Source: Octopus sinensis (taxonomy: Eukaryota). From it: a stretch of DNA of 64,000 bases. The position numbers were made by a program, and so were the translations under genes. Below, piece by piece: positions 1-15,032 of the stretch. Position 1 is the first letter of the stretch. The number at the start of each line of letters is the position of its first letter. Where the stretch lies: contig NC_043005.1 of assembly GCF_006345805.1 (NCBI RefSeq), positions 108,810,001 to 108,874,000 on the forward strand, read 5' to 3'. The notes below the pieces were generated by a model. It did no database searches. It saw only the letters and a program-made list of their open reading frames with translations, and was not told where the DNA came from.

Positions 1-225
1 CTTGAGCAGAACTATGCTCCAGATAGTTTAACCATAGCAAACTCCAGATTTTTGTTCCAGATAGTTTAACCATAGCAAACTCCAGATCTATGTTCCTGAT
101 AGTTTAACCATAGCAAACTCCAGATCTATGTTTCAGATAGTTTAACCATAGCAAACTCCAGATCTATGTTCCAGATAGTTTAACCATAGAAAACTCCAGA
201 TCTATGTTCCAGATTTTTGAACCAC
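1..225. repeat. 38-bp minisatellite, about 5.5 copies (may extend left of the window)
   Basis: Unit CCAGATAGTTTAACCATAGCAAACTCCAGATCTATGTT recurs at 19, 57, 95, 133, 171, 209 (period 38) with few substitutions. Confidence 0.95.
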
Positions 226-1222
226 AATGAGACATCTTGCCCTTTAGAACCCCCAAAGAAGATAAACAAATAAAACTATGTAAATTATCTAATTAAAATG
301 AAAATTGCTAGAGTGTCAGGTAAGAATATATGTGGTGGTAATTGCTCATAGTCACATATTTACATTCAAAGATCAAATCTCATACAGTTTGACTTTGTAG
401 TTAATCCTTTCAGTTCAATAAAAATAAGCAGCAGAAGCCTCCAAGTACTTGACGTTGATATAATCAACAGTCAACAATACTCTTCAAAGCTGTACCCCAG
501 CATGGCCTCAGTCCAATGGCTGAAACAAGAAATAGAATAAAAACAGAAATATAGCAGAATGAAAGAAAAGAAAAAATGCAATAAAGACTGCTAATATAGA
601 TAATCAAAGGAAATATTTTCATAAAAGATATATTCATGAGATATGATATGAGAATGAAGGCGGAAACTGGGAAAATTGAAATCTGAGGTATAAGAAAAGA
701 AAAGAAGGAAAAAAACAAAGCAAAGTAACATACATATAAAAGCCATGAAATTGACTGGTCAAAACTAATTTTAAGGATACTAGCCATGCGGTATTTTACT
801 GTATAAATAGTGGTGTTTCTCTACCTTCACAGCCACACATACTGGCCAGTGTGTGTCTCCCTTTGTTACACTGAAAGCTATTGCATGCTAAGGCTATTTG
901 GTCAATATTTATGTATCTATATGGACATGTGTCTGTTCCTCTGAGTATGATGCTTCTTTGTGTGTGTGGACACATGTGTGAGTGAGTCAGTGAGTGAGCA
1001 TGCATGTGTGTGTGTGTATTAATATATATATATATTAATACAAATATATATGTATATATATATGTATGTATACATATTGTATATTATATATATATATATA
1101 TGTACATATATATATATAATAGATTTATATATATATATGTATATATATATATTAATATATAATATATATTTATATTTATAATAAGCAGGCTTTGATATAT
1201 GAATATCTATTTGCAATTATTC

Positions 1223-1315
<93 letters not shown>

Positions 1316-2278
1316 ATATATTATATATATATATATATATTTATTTATATATGTATATACATATATATACATATATATACAAGCGTATGTATATATATAT
1401 GTATTTATATAGGTATGTACATGCATATATACACACATATGTATATATATGTATATATATGTATATGGTATATATATATATATATATGTAGACACATATA
1501 TCCATGTATGTATACAAAAATAGTTATGTGAAGGCATAAGAACTGATGTGTTTGTTGATATAGGTATTTGGACATGACCACATGGACTTCACACAAATGT
1601 GTGCGAGTGTGTATAGTGTAGCGTTCTGTGTGCATAGATTTTATATATTTATCTGTCCATCTATTGTCAATAGTATGAATATATGCATGTACATACAACC
1701 ATACATATGCATATATACATATATGACATGAACATACTAATATGTATATAAATATATAAATACACACTCTTATACACACATATATATAAATCATACTTTG
1801 CAACTCTTTCTACCTGTATGGGTATATGCAGCATATATTTATACACACAAAATCTTACATATACACATAAATATGTGTTTATATGTCTTTATATATTATA
1901 TATATTCATGCATATATCAATGCAAAAATGTTTATATGCAATTGTGTGCACATTTGGTTGCATGCACACAAATGCTAATGCATATACAGTGGCACAACTC
2001 ACTCATCCATTCTCTCCCCCCTGGATGTGTGTGTGTGTGAATATGTATGTGCATGTGTGTGTGTGTGTATGTGCTCTTATACACATACGCATGCACATAT
2101 AGTCACGCATTTACATATATATAAATCTGTGTATGTATATATCTATGAATGGATAACTTTCATAAGTTATTTCATATATATAGATGCGTATGTGTGTGTG
2201 TATTAATATATGCATACATACATGTACACAAACACATATATATGATACATACATATAATACATACATACATATATGTA

Positions 2279-2310
<32 letters not shown>

Positions 2311-3210
2311 GAAAGAGAGAGCTTGGTATTTATCTATCTATCTCTCTATCTATCTATCTGTCGTTCTGTCTATCTGTATGTATGTATGCATGTATGAAGG
2401 TACGCATATATGTATGGATGGATTTTCGCGAATATATCACTATCATTGCTTTGGAAAATGTGCAGCATTTTATGAAAGCAACAAAATAATGGAAATTGGT
2501 TACCAAAATTGACATAATGCATCTTGCAGATCTGAAAGGTTAATAGCACCATCTCTGCAAGAGATTCTTCCACAGAGGCAAATATATTTACTGAAATAAG
2601 CAGTAGAGTATCTTCCATTGTAATATATTTGAGTTTCTTTCCTATAACGATGTTTACTCAAAATCTCTTTCGTCTTACATGTTTTTCAAAATCCATTGCT
2701 TATTTTCTCTCTGTTCTTTCCCTTCCATTCCGTTCCACTCTCACCCTCTTTCTCACTATGTATACACACACACAAACCAAGAATGAGAGTGATATATATA
2801 TCAATAAATATATATATATATATATTAATAAATATATATATATATTATATATATATATATTATATATATATGTTAATAAATATATATATATTCTTCATTT
2901 GATCTATGTTCTTCCTTATTTCTCTTCTTATTCTCTCTGTCTATTAAACACGTTTTATATATTTCTCTAAAAGTCTATTCCCATTATGGGTTAAGGTAGA
3001 AATTATTACCTTTTCATGAAAAAACTCCATTTTATTTCTTTTACATCTTTGCTACTGTGCTGCAAATATTCAATGTCAATTACATTATTTTAAGTTCTGC
3101 AATAATTAGTGTTTCATAATTAGTGGGGCCAAAGCTAGGTACATATCCTCTAACCAGTTTCTACTCATATCAGTAGTTAGTTGTCAGGACACTGCCTCAT
3201 TTATATCATT

Positions 3211-3608
3211 ACTCTTTTACTTGTTTCAGTCATTTGACTGTAGCCATGCTGAAGCACCGCCTTTAGTCAAGCAAATCGACCCCAGGACTTATTCTGCGTA
3301 AGCCAAGTATTTATTCTATCGGTCTCTTTTGCTGAACTGCTAAGTTATGGGGATGTAAACACACCAGCATCGGTTGTCAGGCGATGTTGGGGAGACAAAG
3401 AGAGATGCACAAACATATACAAACACATACAAATATACATATATACGATGGGCTTCTTTCAGTTTCCGTCTACCAAATCCACTCACAAGGCTTTGGTCGG
3501 CCCGAGGCTATAGTAGAAGACACTTGCCCAAGGAGCCATGCAGTGGGACTGAACCGGGAACCCTGTGGCTGGTAAGCAAGCTACTTACCACACCGCCACT
3601 CCTACGCC
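3211..3608 (-). mobile_element. tRNA-derived SINE, family A (full length)
   Basis: Reverse strand begins GGCGTAGGAGTGGCGGTGTGGTAAGTAGC (A-box-like) and GGTTCCCGGTTCAGTCCC (B-box-like). It has an internal TA/CA linker and an (AAGAGTA)n-type tail, and is homologous to copies at 28023, 28747, 35199. Confidence 0.9.
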
Positions 3609-4550
3609 TATATTAAGAAAAAAATTTTTGAGATAATTAATAATAATTCATTCAGTAATGCAGAGTTTTTAAAAATTAAAATAATCATGTATGTTGATGT
3701 CTGTTGTAACCCTTTCTACAAACCACACCACACACACACAAGCGCACATACATACATGTAAACATATACAGACATATATCTAAAAATGCAAGATGAAGCA
3801 TATCATGAGAGGACAGACATCGAGATAGGTCAAATAGTTTTTCATCGACCAAGCAAAACAGAACCATTTACTAGTGATAGATACATTTGGTTGTCATTTG
3901 TAGGTTGTCTTTTTTTTTAAATAAACCATCTTTCTTCAATAAATTTTAAAAGGAAATGTTTGCTACATATATAATGGCATTTATTGATTAAGTAAACGCT
4001 GATATAAAGGATACAATAAATGCTTTCTTTTTATAATTTTACAAATATGTTTCTTTGTGTATTTTCATTGATATAAACTGGAGCCATACTAGCATTCAGT
4101 GGTCATTGAAATGGTTCCTTGGTAAATGATCCATCTATCTTAATCACACTAAGTCGTATATATACTGTTTGTTTTCTATCAAATCCATCCTCAGATTTGA
4201 TATGCATAATAATTATGTGTATCACAGACCCTAAACCTGAAATATGGACATAGGGAATAGTTGATCACATCTATACCAGTTCAATACTGGTATTTTATTT
4301 CATCTAACCCAATGGGATAATATTAGAGTTGAATGAACTTCATGTGATTTGAACTCAGAAAATGAAGAGCTGAAATAAGACCTGCAAGGTATTTTTATCT
4401 AATGCCCTGACAATTCTACCAGCTAATTGCTTCAATAATAATCTCTAATTTGGGCCAACAGTTTTGTCAGTGAGAAGGTTAGTCAGTTACAGCAGCAAGT
4501 ACAATATTTCATTGATTACAAAAAAGAGTGAAAGGCAAAGCTGATCTTAA

Positions 4551-4771
4551 CCCTCTCGATACCAACCCACCTGAAACCACCTCCGGTTCTGAGTACAAAT
4601 ATCTTGTTTTCAAAAGGTCTGAATTAAAATCTTTCATTAAACCTTAGTCACAATTTATGTTCATAACACTAGCTTAATGATAACTAAGTTATTTTACTAA
4701 ATTCTTTGTTATATTTAAAATTAATTGAAAGAAACACGGGGCGTCTCAACAGAAATATGGCAACAAAAGGG
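4551..4771. mobile_element. piggyBac-like MITE
   Basis: TTAA at 4547-4550 and 4772-4775; CCCT...AGGG termini with an imperfect TIR; homologous to 23536-23760 and 44925-45145; sits inside a decayed family B SINE. Confidence 0.85.
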
Positions 4772-5565
4772 TTAATGTGATTTGAACTCAGAATGCTAAA
4801 GCAAGAGCACATATTACAAGGCATTTTGTCCAACACTAAGCTAATTCTTCCAACCTGTCACCATAATAATTAAAACATGCTTTAATAATTATATTCTGAT
4901 AATACTTTATAATACAGTGTCTTTTTTTTGGTAGCTCAAAATAACTCTGTGTAGAGCAACTTTACCAATTAAATACTTATTCAGGAGATTATTTTTGATG
5001 TGTATCTCATTGCCAGTATATTTCGCCTGCAATCTATTCTGTTTCTTATAATTCAATTTGTAATTCTCTCTTCCAGTCATTAAATAAAACTAATTGAATC
5101 TAGATTCTCTCATTTGGTATACGACTCTTACAAGAATTACCATCCAGATAGACATCATCATCATCATCATAATCTAACAATTTTTGAATCTACTGATATG
5201 TCTATCTAAACCCTTAAAATGTTGTTTTAAGATGAATTTTTTTTTCTTGTTTTATTCCTTTGAGTGTCTCATTGAGTCTCTGTTTTCTTTAGTTTTGACC
5301 TGAACGAACATGTTATTTTTACATGCAAATATATTCTGACCTCTGATGACACAAAGTACACTGAAACAGTTTATGTACTCTATAAGACCAGTAAATAACT
5401 TGCAAAGAATAATGAACATTATATATAAGTACGTGAAGAAATATGTGTGTATGAAGGTGAACATATATGCCTATATGTGTATATCTATCTATCTATCTAA
5501 CTCTCTTTCTCTCCCTCTCTCTCTCTCTCTCTCTCTAGATATATATATACATACACACACAATAC

Positions 5566-5600
<35 letters not shown>

Positions 5601-5819
5601 TATGTATATGTATATATATATATTCGCCATGATAGATCGGTAGCCTCTATACACATTTTTTTTCTCTCCTTGTTTCTCTCTGTGTTCCTTTCTGTGGAAG
5701 AGCGTAGGCTCAAAACGTTAAAGACTTTTTCAATTCCCAAGCGTTATACTAATTCATGTTTGTTTTCGACGCCACCTGTCTTCATCTTTTGTTTTTTCAT
5801 GAATTCTTCCCCTAGAGCA

Positions 5820-5948
5820 TGGCGTTAGGAAGGGCATCCAGCCGTAGAAACAGTGCCAGATCAGCCTTCTGGCTTCCCAGACCCCAGTTGAACCGTCCAA
5901 CCCATGCTAGCATGGAAAGCGGACACTAAATGATGATGATGATGATGA
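5820..5948 (+). mobile_element. SINE family C 3' fragment (RTE-type tail)
   Basis: GGCGTTAGGAAGGGCATCCAGC...CCGTCCAACCCATGCTAGCATGGAAAGCGGAC followed by (GAT)n; same tail as many other copies. Confidence 0.85.
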
Positions 5949-5961
5949 TATATATACAGGC

Positions 5962-5998
<37 letters not shown>

Positions 5999-6023
5999 AT
6001 ATATATATACATACATACATACA

Positions 6024-6055
<32 letters not shown>

Positions 6056-6067
6056 CACATACATATA

Positions 6068-6970
6068 CAGAGGTCCCGAATTTAAGGCAACTGAAGTTTC
6101 GGGCTTAATAACTATCAATAAATGTGATAAGATTTGAAAATTATACATCATTATAAAACCTTAGAGTATCTTCTTTTTGTTTCAGACTAAATAAATTCAG
6201 ATTTATAAATTAGTTAATGGTTATAGACTGAAACACAATCGTAACTTTCTACAAAAGAAGTAAAAGTAATACAGCTAAAGCAAAAAAGCTAAAAATTAAC
6301 TGAATCACAGTGTGGAAAATCATCAAGGAATATCAAGAGACTGGTTCCATAGCTCATTGACCTGGATGTGGCTGAAAAAGAAGTGTGCTGTCGTCTCAGC
6401 TTATCAAAAGTACCAGAAAAACGATACAGTGAAATCGTCATCATTCCATCAGAAAACTGGCTGCTACAGCAAAAATAAGCTGAACATCGATGTATTGAGT
6501 GCTGAAGGAGGACTGCAAGACCCATCCCTACAAGGCGATCTACTTTCATGAGCTCACACAAGTTTAGAAGGCCACAAGACTGGAGAGAAGTCTTCTTATC
6601 CTGTGTCAGTTTGCTGAAGGCTTGTGACCCAGCTTGATGTTCACTGATGAAAAGGAATTTGACATCAAACAGAGTGTAAACCACCAGAATAACCGACTTT
6701 GGAGTGTATTTGATTCCATTGAGGGTAGACTTATAAATTGATGTCAACATCCATAGTCAGTTATGGTTTGGGCTGCTGTAAAAGCCACTGGAGGGTCTCA
6801 CCTCATTTTTGTGCCCTCAGGTGTTAAAATTAACGTCCACCAATTCATTAGTGACAGTCTGCAAGCTGAACTGCTTCCATGGGTGAAGCACACCTTGGAG
6901 TCTCCGATAGGACTCAGCACCATCTCACAGCTCCAAACAGACACGACATTGGATTCAGAAAAACATTTTG
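6068..6970 (+). mobile_element. Tc1/mariner (maT/DD37D-like) transposon relic, 3' truncated
   Basis: TA then CAGAGGTCCC at the left end. Interrupted translation from ATG 6217 gives an HTH-like segment (KLKIN*ITVWKIIKEYQETGSIAH*PG), then LMFTDEKEFDIKQSVNHQNNRLW and VMVWAAVKATGGSHLIFVPSGVKINVHQFISDSLQAELLPW. Many stops and frameshifts. Confidence 0.88.
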
Positions 6971-7873
6971 TCATTCACAGGTAAGGACATATGGCCCACA
7001 AGAAACCCCAATCGAAGAAGCTAATATGGCTGACAATATGCCAATCAGATTCACTTTTGCTCTGGTATGCAGGTACGTGATTGCCCTATATGATGATGAA
7101 AATAAAAAAGAATTTACGAATTGAAAGAATAAAAGTACATCTCTGAAGAATGACAAGTAACCTGAAGCAGATTGACATGAAATTTCCAGTTAATATTTTG
7201 TCTACTTGAAGGTGGCAAACTGGCAGCATTGTTAGCATGACAGGCAAAAGGCCATATGACATTTTGTCTTTACATTCTGAGTTCAAATTCTACTGAGCTC
7301 GACTTTGCTTCTCTTCCTTTTGTAGGTCAATAAGTTAAGTACCAGCTAAACACTGAGATCGATGTAATCGACTTACCTCTGGTCCCAAGCTTGCTGAGTT
7401 TGACTCATAATTTGAAAGCAATATTTAGTCTAATTAAGAGAACAATGAAGTGTTTTTATATCGTTACAATCCCCACCTCTAAAGGTTTTCTAGATAACTT
7501 TCAACTTATTTATATTACTGATATTCTGAATTACACTGTTCTCTCTCTGTCCCTTTCTCTCTCACTCTCTTTCCCTCTCTCTCTCTCCATGTATATATAC
7601 ACATATACACATACACATACACACACACACGCACACACATATACATGCATACAGACACACAAACATACACATTTTATATGAAGCAATATCCATATTATAT
7701 ATGTTTATGTGTTTACACACACACGCACACAGAGACTTACATATATATATATATATTAAAATTAGGGTTCAGCAAAGATTTACTTTACCACATACTGAAG
7801 TTTAGAAATAGCAGCCAAAGTACCTTAGCAATTTCTTCTACTTTAAGAAGAGACTCCCAGACAAAAACATATA

Positions 7874-8270
7874 TCTTTATATATAAAAGAGAAGTTGTGT
7901 GTCTGTCTCCCACGATTTAGATTCCTAACTACTCCCACATTTTGCGGTGCAGTTTAACCAAAACCGGGTATCTTATAGTTGTGATTCATATCGAGCCCTT
8001 CTGGGTATTAGCGCGCATCTACGATGAGTCTACAATTTTTAAAAAAATTTACCGTCATTTTTTTCCATTTTAATGCATTTTTTTCGCTATTATATAAGGG
8101 AAGTAACTCTCTAAATATGTCTACGATGAGTCAACGATTTAAAAAAAAATTACCATAAATTTTTTTCATTTTAATGCATTTTTTTGCTATTTTTTGGCTA
8201 TAACTCTCTAAAAATGCTTATATAGTTATTTCCCTTACAAACCCGAGCAACGCCGGGCGATACTGCTAGT
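7874..8270 (+). mobile_element. Non-autonomous Helitron/Helentron-type element (HINE-like)
   Basis: 5' TCTTTATATATAAAAG; 3' hairpin CCCG-AGCAACGC-CGGG (8242-8257) followed by CTAGT at 8266-8270; internal ~100-bp direct repeat (about 8018-8115 and 8119-8213). Confidence 0.8.
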
Positions 8271-8744
8271 ATATATATATATCAAGCACACACATAAATA
8301 TGCCCCACATGACAACTCTCACCATCACTTCCGCGACTCCCGTCATCACTCGTTATGGCCATCTGCCCTCTCCCTCTTATGTAAAATCTCCCTCTATCAC
8401 TCCTGCCTTCTCATTCTGTGCAATCGTCTGTTCCACTTTATCACCCCCAGGTATAGCCTCGAGGCTATATCTATACACAACTCCACCACCAGCTACCTCT
8501 CTTGTCTCTGTATCTGTCTATATTTTTAGTTTCTGTCTCTTTCTCCCTATATTTCTCCCTAACCCTATCTCTCCTTCTCTCCTTCCTTTCCCATCTGGAG
8601 TAGCCATGCATCTCCTCTATTGCAAGACACCTAATCTCTACACCTTTATTATTCTTTAATCTTCAAAATTGTATAAAGCCGCCTCTCCTGTTGAGGGTGG
8701 GGGTCTTTTTCTCGCAAAGTACTTGGTGAACCTGTCGATGCTGG

Positions 8745-9152
8745 GGCTATGTAAAAATTCACTCTGTACACTGGTCAGTAATAGAATGGGTATCCAGCCA
8801 TAAAAAAAAACCATGCCAAAGTAGACAGGGCTTCGCACAAATCTTCTGGCTAACCAGCTCCTGTGAAACCATCCAATCCATGCTAACATGGAAAATGGAC
8901 ATTAAAGGATGATGATGATGATGATGAAGATGGTAATGAAGATGTCATCATCATCATTATCACCTCCACCACCACCACCACCACCGTCGTCGTCATCGTC
9001 ATCATCATCATCATCATCAATGTTTGATGTCCATTTTCTAAGCGTAAAATGTGGCTAGTGTTTGGAAGGGCATCCAGCTGTAGAAACCATACCAAAAAGA
9101 TCTTGGTTCTCTGGCTTGTCAGCTCTCATATATGTATATATATCATCATCAC

Positions 9153-9183
<31 letters not shown>

Positions 9184-9216
9184 GTTTAACGACCGCTTTC
9201 CATGCTAGCATGGGTT

Positions 9217-9252
<36 letters not shown>

Positions 9253-9410
9253 AGTGGTTGGCATCAGGAAGGGCATCCAGCTGTAGAAACACTGCCAGAT
9301 CAGACAGGAGCCTGGTGCAGCCTCCTGGTTTCCCAGATCCCGTTCGAACCGTCCAACCCATGCTAGCATGGAAAACGGATGTTAAACGATTATGATGATG
9401 ATGATGATAT
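8745..9410. mobile_element. Cluster of four SINE family C 3' fragments in alternating orientation
   Basis: Tails at about 8745-8925 (+), 9000-9125 (-), 9165-9218 (-), 9250-9410 (+), each carrying the CCATGCTAGCATGG palindrome or a variant, plus (GAT)n/(CAT)n. Confidence 0.85.
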
Positions 9411-9799
9411 ATATATATATATGATGAAGATGATGACGCAGTTTAGGAAAATGGCTACAATAATGAAAATGATGCTGGTAATAATAAGAGGTAGAAGAAG
9501 GGGCCATACAGCGAAAGAGGAGGAAAACCAATTCTCTCTTTTGATGCTAACACTGTATTAGAATAAAATATGAAAAATAAATTTAAATAACAAAAACGAA
9601 CTATCCACGAGAAATAATGTAGTACATAGACTGACAACTTATCAACCCCATCCTCTCAGCCCCTTTAGACACCTTCCCAGTATAGCTCCCATTGCCTCAA
9701 AGCCACACTATTTCATTACTGGTGATTATTTTATTATCGAACAAAATTTACAATGAGCTACATTCATACACATATATGTACTTGCATGTGTATGCACGT

Positions 9800-11340
<1,541 letters not shown>

Positions 11341-11569
11341 ATGCATAGTTCTATATGAATGTGTGTCTCTATTTGCATTGAAATATATGGGTAAAGTGAC
11401 ATGACTAGACACTAAAACTAGCATTAAATATAATATATTTTATCGGAAGCTTAAAGTTTAGAAATCATTACTTTGAGATTCTCGTTGGCATTCTAACCAA
11501 CTGATGGTCACTAGGGAAAGGCTAATAGTAATAATTTGTGAAATAACAGCTGGAAATAAATTATATGCA

Positions 11570-12355
<786 letters not shown>

Positions 12356-12527
12356 ATTATCATTATAAATGTACATAAGCAGCTTGATTCAGCTCCACAT
12401 CTTCTTAAGATGTTATGGACACAGAATAGTTTCACATTCTCAGATGTTTGAAGGCAGAGTAAAAAAGCATTCAAATGAAATTTGAAATGGCCTCCTGGTG
12501 AGAATATTTGAGTCTCCATTGGCCACT

Positions 12528-12668
12528 TCAGATCAGACCATGAGGATATTGTAACAAGGCTGAGATTCTAATTTCTTCATTTGGTGCACCACGTGGTAGA
12601 AGAGGTTGTGTGTTAGCACCTGGTAGTTTGTGTTCTGTTGAGGTTGAATTTTCAGTGATGCTAGTTAC
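12528..12668 (-). CDS. Candidate terminal coding exon of an unidentified gene (46 aa + stop)
   Basis: Pyrimidine-rich acceptor TTTATCTTGTTGCTAG|G at 12669/12668. Only frame 0 is open: VTSITENSTSTEHKLPGANTQPLLPRGAPNEEIRISALLQYPHGLI*. Unique sequence, higher GC than its flanks. No homology search possible. Confidence 0.4.
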   Translation of the reverse strand, partial: VTSITENSTSTEHKLPGANTQPLLPRGAPNEEIRISALLQYPHGLI

Positions 12669-14612
12669 CTAGCAACAAGATAAAGTGTTTGATGGTATCA
12701 TGCTTTAATTATATCTTTTATAATATTGCATGCCACAACAGAAACTAAGATGTATCCATAGTTTTCACTCCACACTTCAGCCTGTAACTATTGAAATCAC
12801 AGCAAATACTCACTGGGGGTGATTCTGTCTCTCAAAGGCTGTGATCATGACAGCCACCTTCAGATACTATACAGACATAACAGCCAATGATTTCAAAGGA
12901 AAATCACCACCACATATGCACTCCTTTGGGTGTACAGAAGGGAAAGATCAACTCCTTGAATTGCTTCATCTTGAGACCTAAGGAAATAACTTCCCTTACA
13001 TCACATGGAGCATATTTGACAGGGCCTCTCCTTACTCCCAAGGAGTTTGTAATTGCTAATCCTGCTTTCATAAAAAAAACTGCAAATACTAAAATAACGT
13101 ATTGTATCCACCAACAGGAAAACTGAACTATCTTATAGTTAACAGCAAAAATATTGCCTGTCAATGAACTTCAAAACATTCACCAGTGATAACTAGAAAT
13201 ACTAGGCTTTCCCTAGCTGTCTTACATACTGCTGCAGGGCATATAATTCCTGTTTGCCAACTGTGATATATTCACTCTTCAGCCTATCACTGGAGCTGTA
13301 ATAGAAGACATTAGCCCAAGGTGCCAAGCTGTGAGACTGAACCAGGCACTATATGTTTGGGAAGCAAACTTCATACCACACTGCTGCTCTGTATAGATAT
13401 CTATAATTGCATACATGCATGTGTTTCATATTTCCTACTTTAATCTTTCTCAGATACTTATATTTCTAGGTTCTTCATCGTATATATTTTGACTTCCTTG
13501 GAAATAAATTTTCAAAAGATATTCTGTCTTATAATTGGTAAAATATAAAAACTTCAAAATGAAAAACAAAAATAGCACACGTATTATCAATTAGAAATAT
13601 CCCAAAATGCCAAATGTGCAATATTAGAAGATAGCTAAATTACGTACAAGTAAAAATATCGATGAATACCATACAAAATATACAATAACTTTAAAGTGAA
13701 AGAGTATATAAATAAATTTTAGAGATATATTTTGCGCTATTAGAAAAAAGAAATATCATTGCTGATTTCTGCACAGACTGCTGGACTCATGCTTACATTA
13801 AAGAATGCTTTGTGATTTTATTAATTCATTAAGCGCTTGGTGCTTTAAGATCATTTTATAGACATATATGATATATCTAAGAGGATTGTGAAAATTTTGT
13901 TTTAAACAGAGTCTGATAAAATCAACAAATCATTTCTTGAGTATTTTACCATAGATTTAAGGATGGTCCTTCTTTTGAAAAGGAAATTAGCCACAGTAAT
14001 TTATTTCCAGCCAGGCACTTATCTTGCAAATACATTAATCAATGACCTTCCAGCCATGATCATCACAACATTATATTCGTGTGCAGCATATCCAGTGCTA
14101 CATTATTTGAATATGTCCTCTCCTCACATTAAAATATTGAAGTGGAATTTGAAAGACATTTGACTGTTATGTCTGGCGATCAAGCAGAAGCTATTTTGCT
14201 GTCTCTGTGTGAATGTTATTCAAAGGTTTCCGAATAAATATAATGCATGACATGACATCAGCATGAGCATCAGCATCATCACATTCTACATCACCCTCAC
14301 CATCACCTTCACCATCCACATCCTTATGAATACCACAAAGAACAGCTAGCATGTTGCAGCTGTAAGGTTTTATTCTAACATCCTGCAAAACACTACCTGG
14401 CCACATTCACTTTTAACTGTGTGGACTGGAGCAATGTTAAATGAGATGCGTCGCTCAACGGCACAGCAACCCACCCCTCCTGTCCTGGGAAACTGTACCA
14501 ATGATTTTATGTACATATATTCTGCAGGCTAACCATTGGGCCACATGTTCATGCCAGATTTTATAAAATAGAATGACTTTATGTAACCAAATGCTTACCA
14601 AAATTACAGACA

Positions 14613-15032
14613 TTTCTTATTTCTTTATTGCCCACAAGGGGCTAAACATAGAGGGGACAAACAGGGACAGACAAACAGATAAAGTCGATTATATCGATCC
14701 CAGTGTGTAACTGGTACTTATTTAATCGACCCCGAAAGGATGAAAGGCAAAGTCGACCTTAGCGGAATTTGAACTCAGAACGTAACGGCAGACAAAATAC
14801 CTATTTCTTTACTACCCACAAGGGGCTAAACACAGAGAGGACAAACAAGGACAGACAAACGGATGAAGTCGATTACATCGACCCCAGTGCGGAACTGTTA
14901 CTGAATTTGTGGACCCCAAAAGGATGAAAGGCAAAGTCGACCTCTTTGGAATTTGAACTCAGAATGTAATGGCAGACAAAATACTGCTAAGCATTTCGCC
15001 CGGCATGCAAACATTTCTGCCTGCTCGCCACC
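14613..15032 (-). mobile_element. SINE family B (tRNA head, CORE-like domain): one head plus two tandem bodies
   Basis: Full copy at about 14802-15032 and headless copy at about 14613-14801; the whole unit is flanked by a 9-bp direct repeat TTACAGACA (14604-14612, 15033-15041). Confidence 0.9.

Noticed and set aside
2430-2700. Unique sequence with short open frames on the minus strand
   Set aside because: Frames are bounded by stops, without convincing splice pairs or recognisable motifs.
5343-5368. CTGATGA...GAAAC spacing like a hammerhead
   Set aside because: Stem II cannot pair and there is no UH site with stems I and III.
13963-14163. ORF containing YLANTLINDLPAMII, faintly like ABCG transmembrane motifs
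   Set aside because: No usable donor, ends in a stop, and no other ABC motifs in the window.
14191-14406. Acidic or His-rich ORFs on either strand
   Set aside because: Explained by a degenerate (CAT/CAC)n tract; cannot be linked in phase to other candidate exons.
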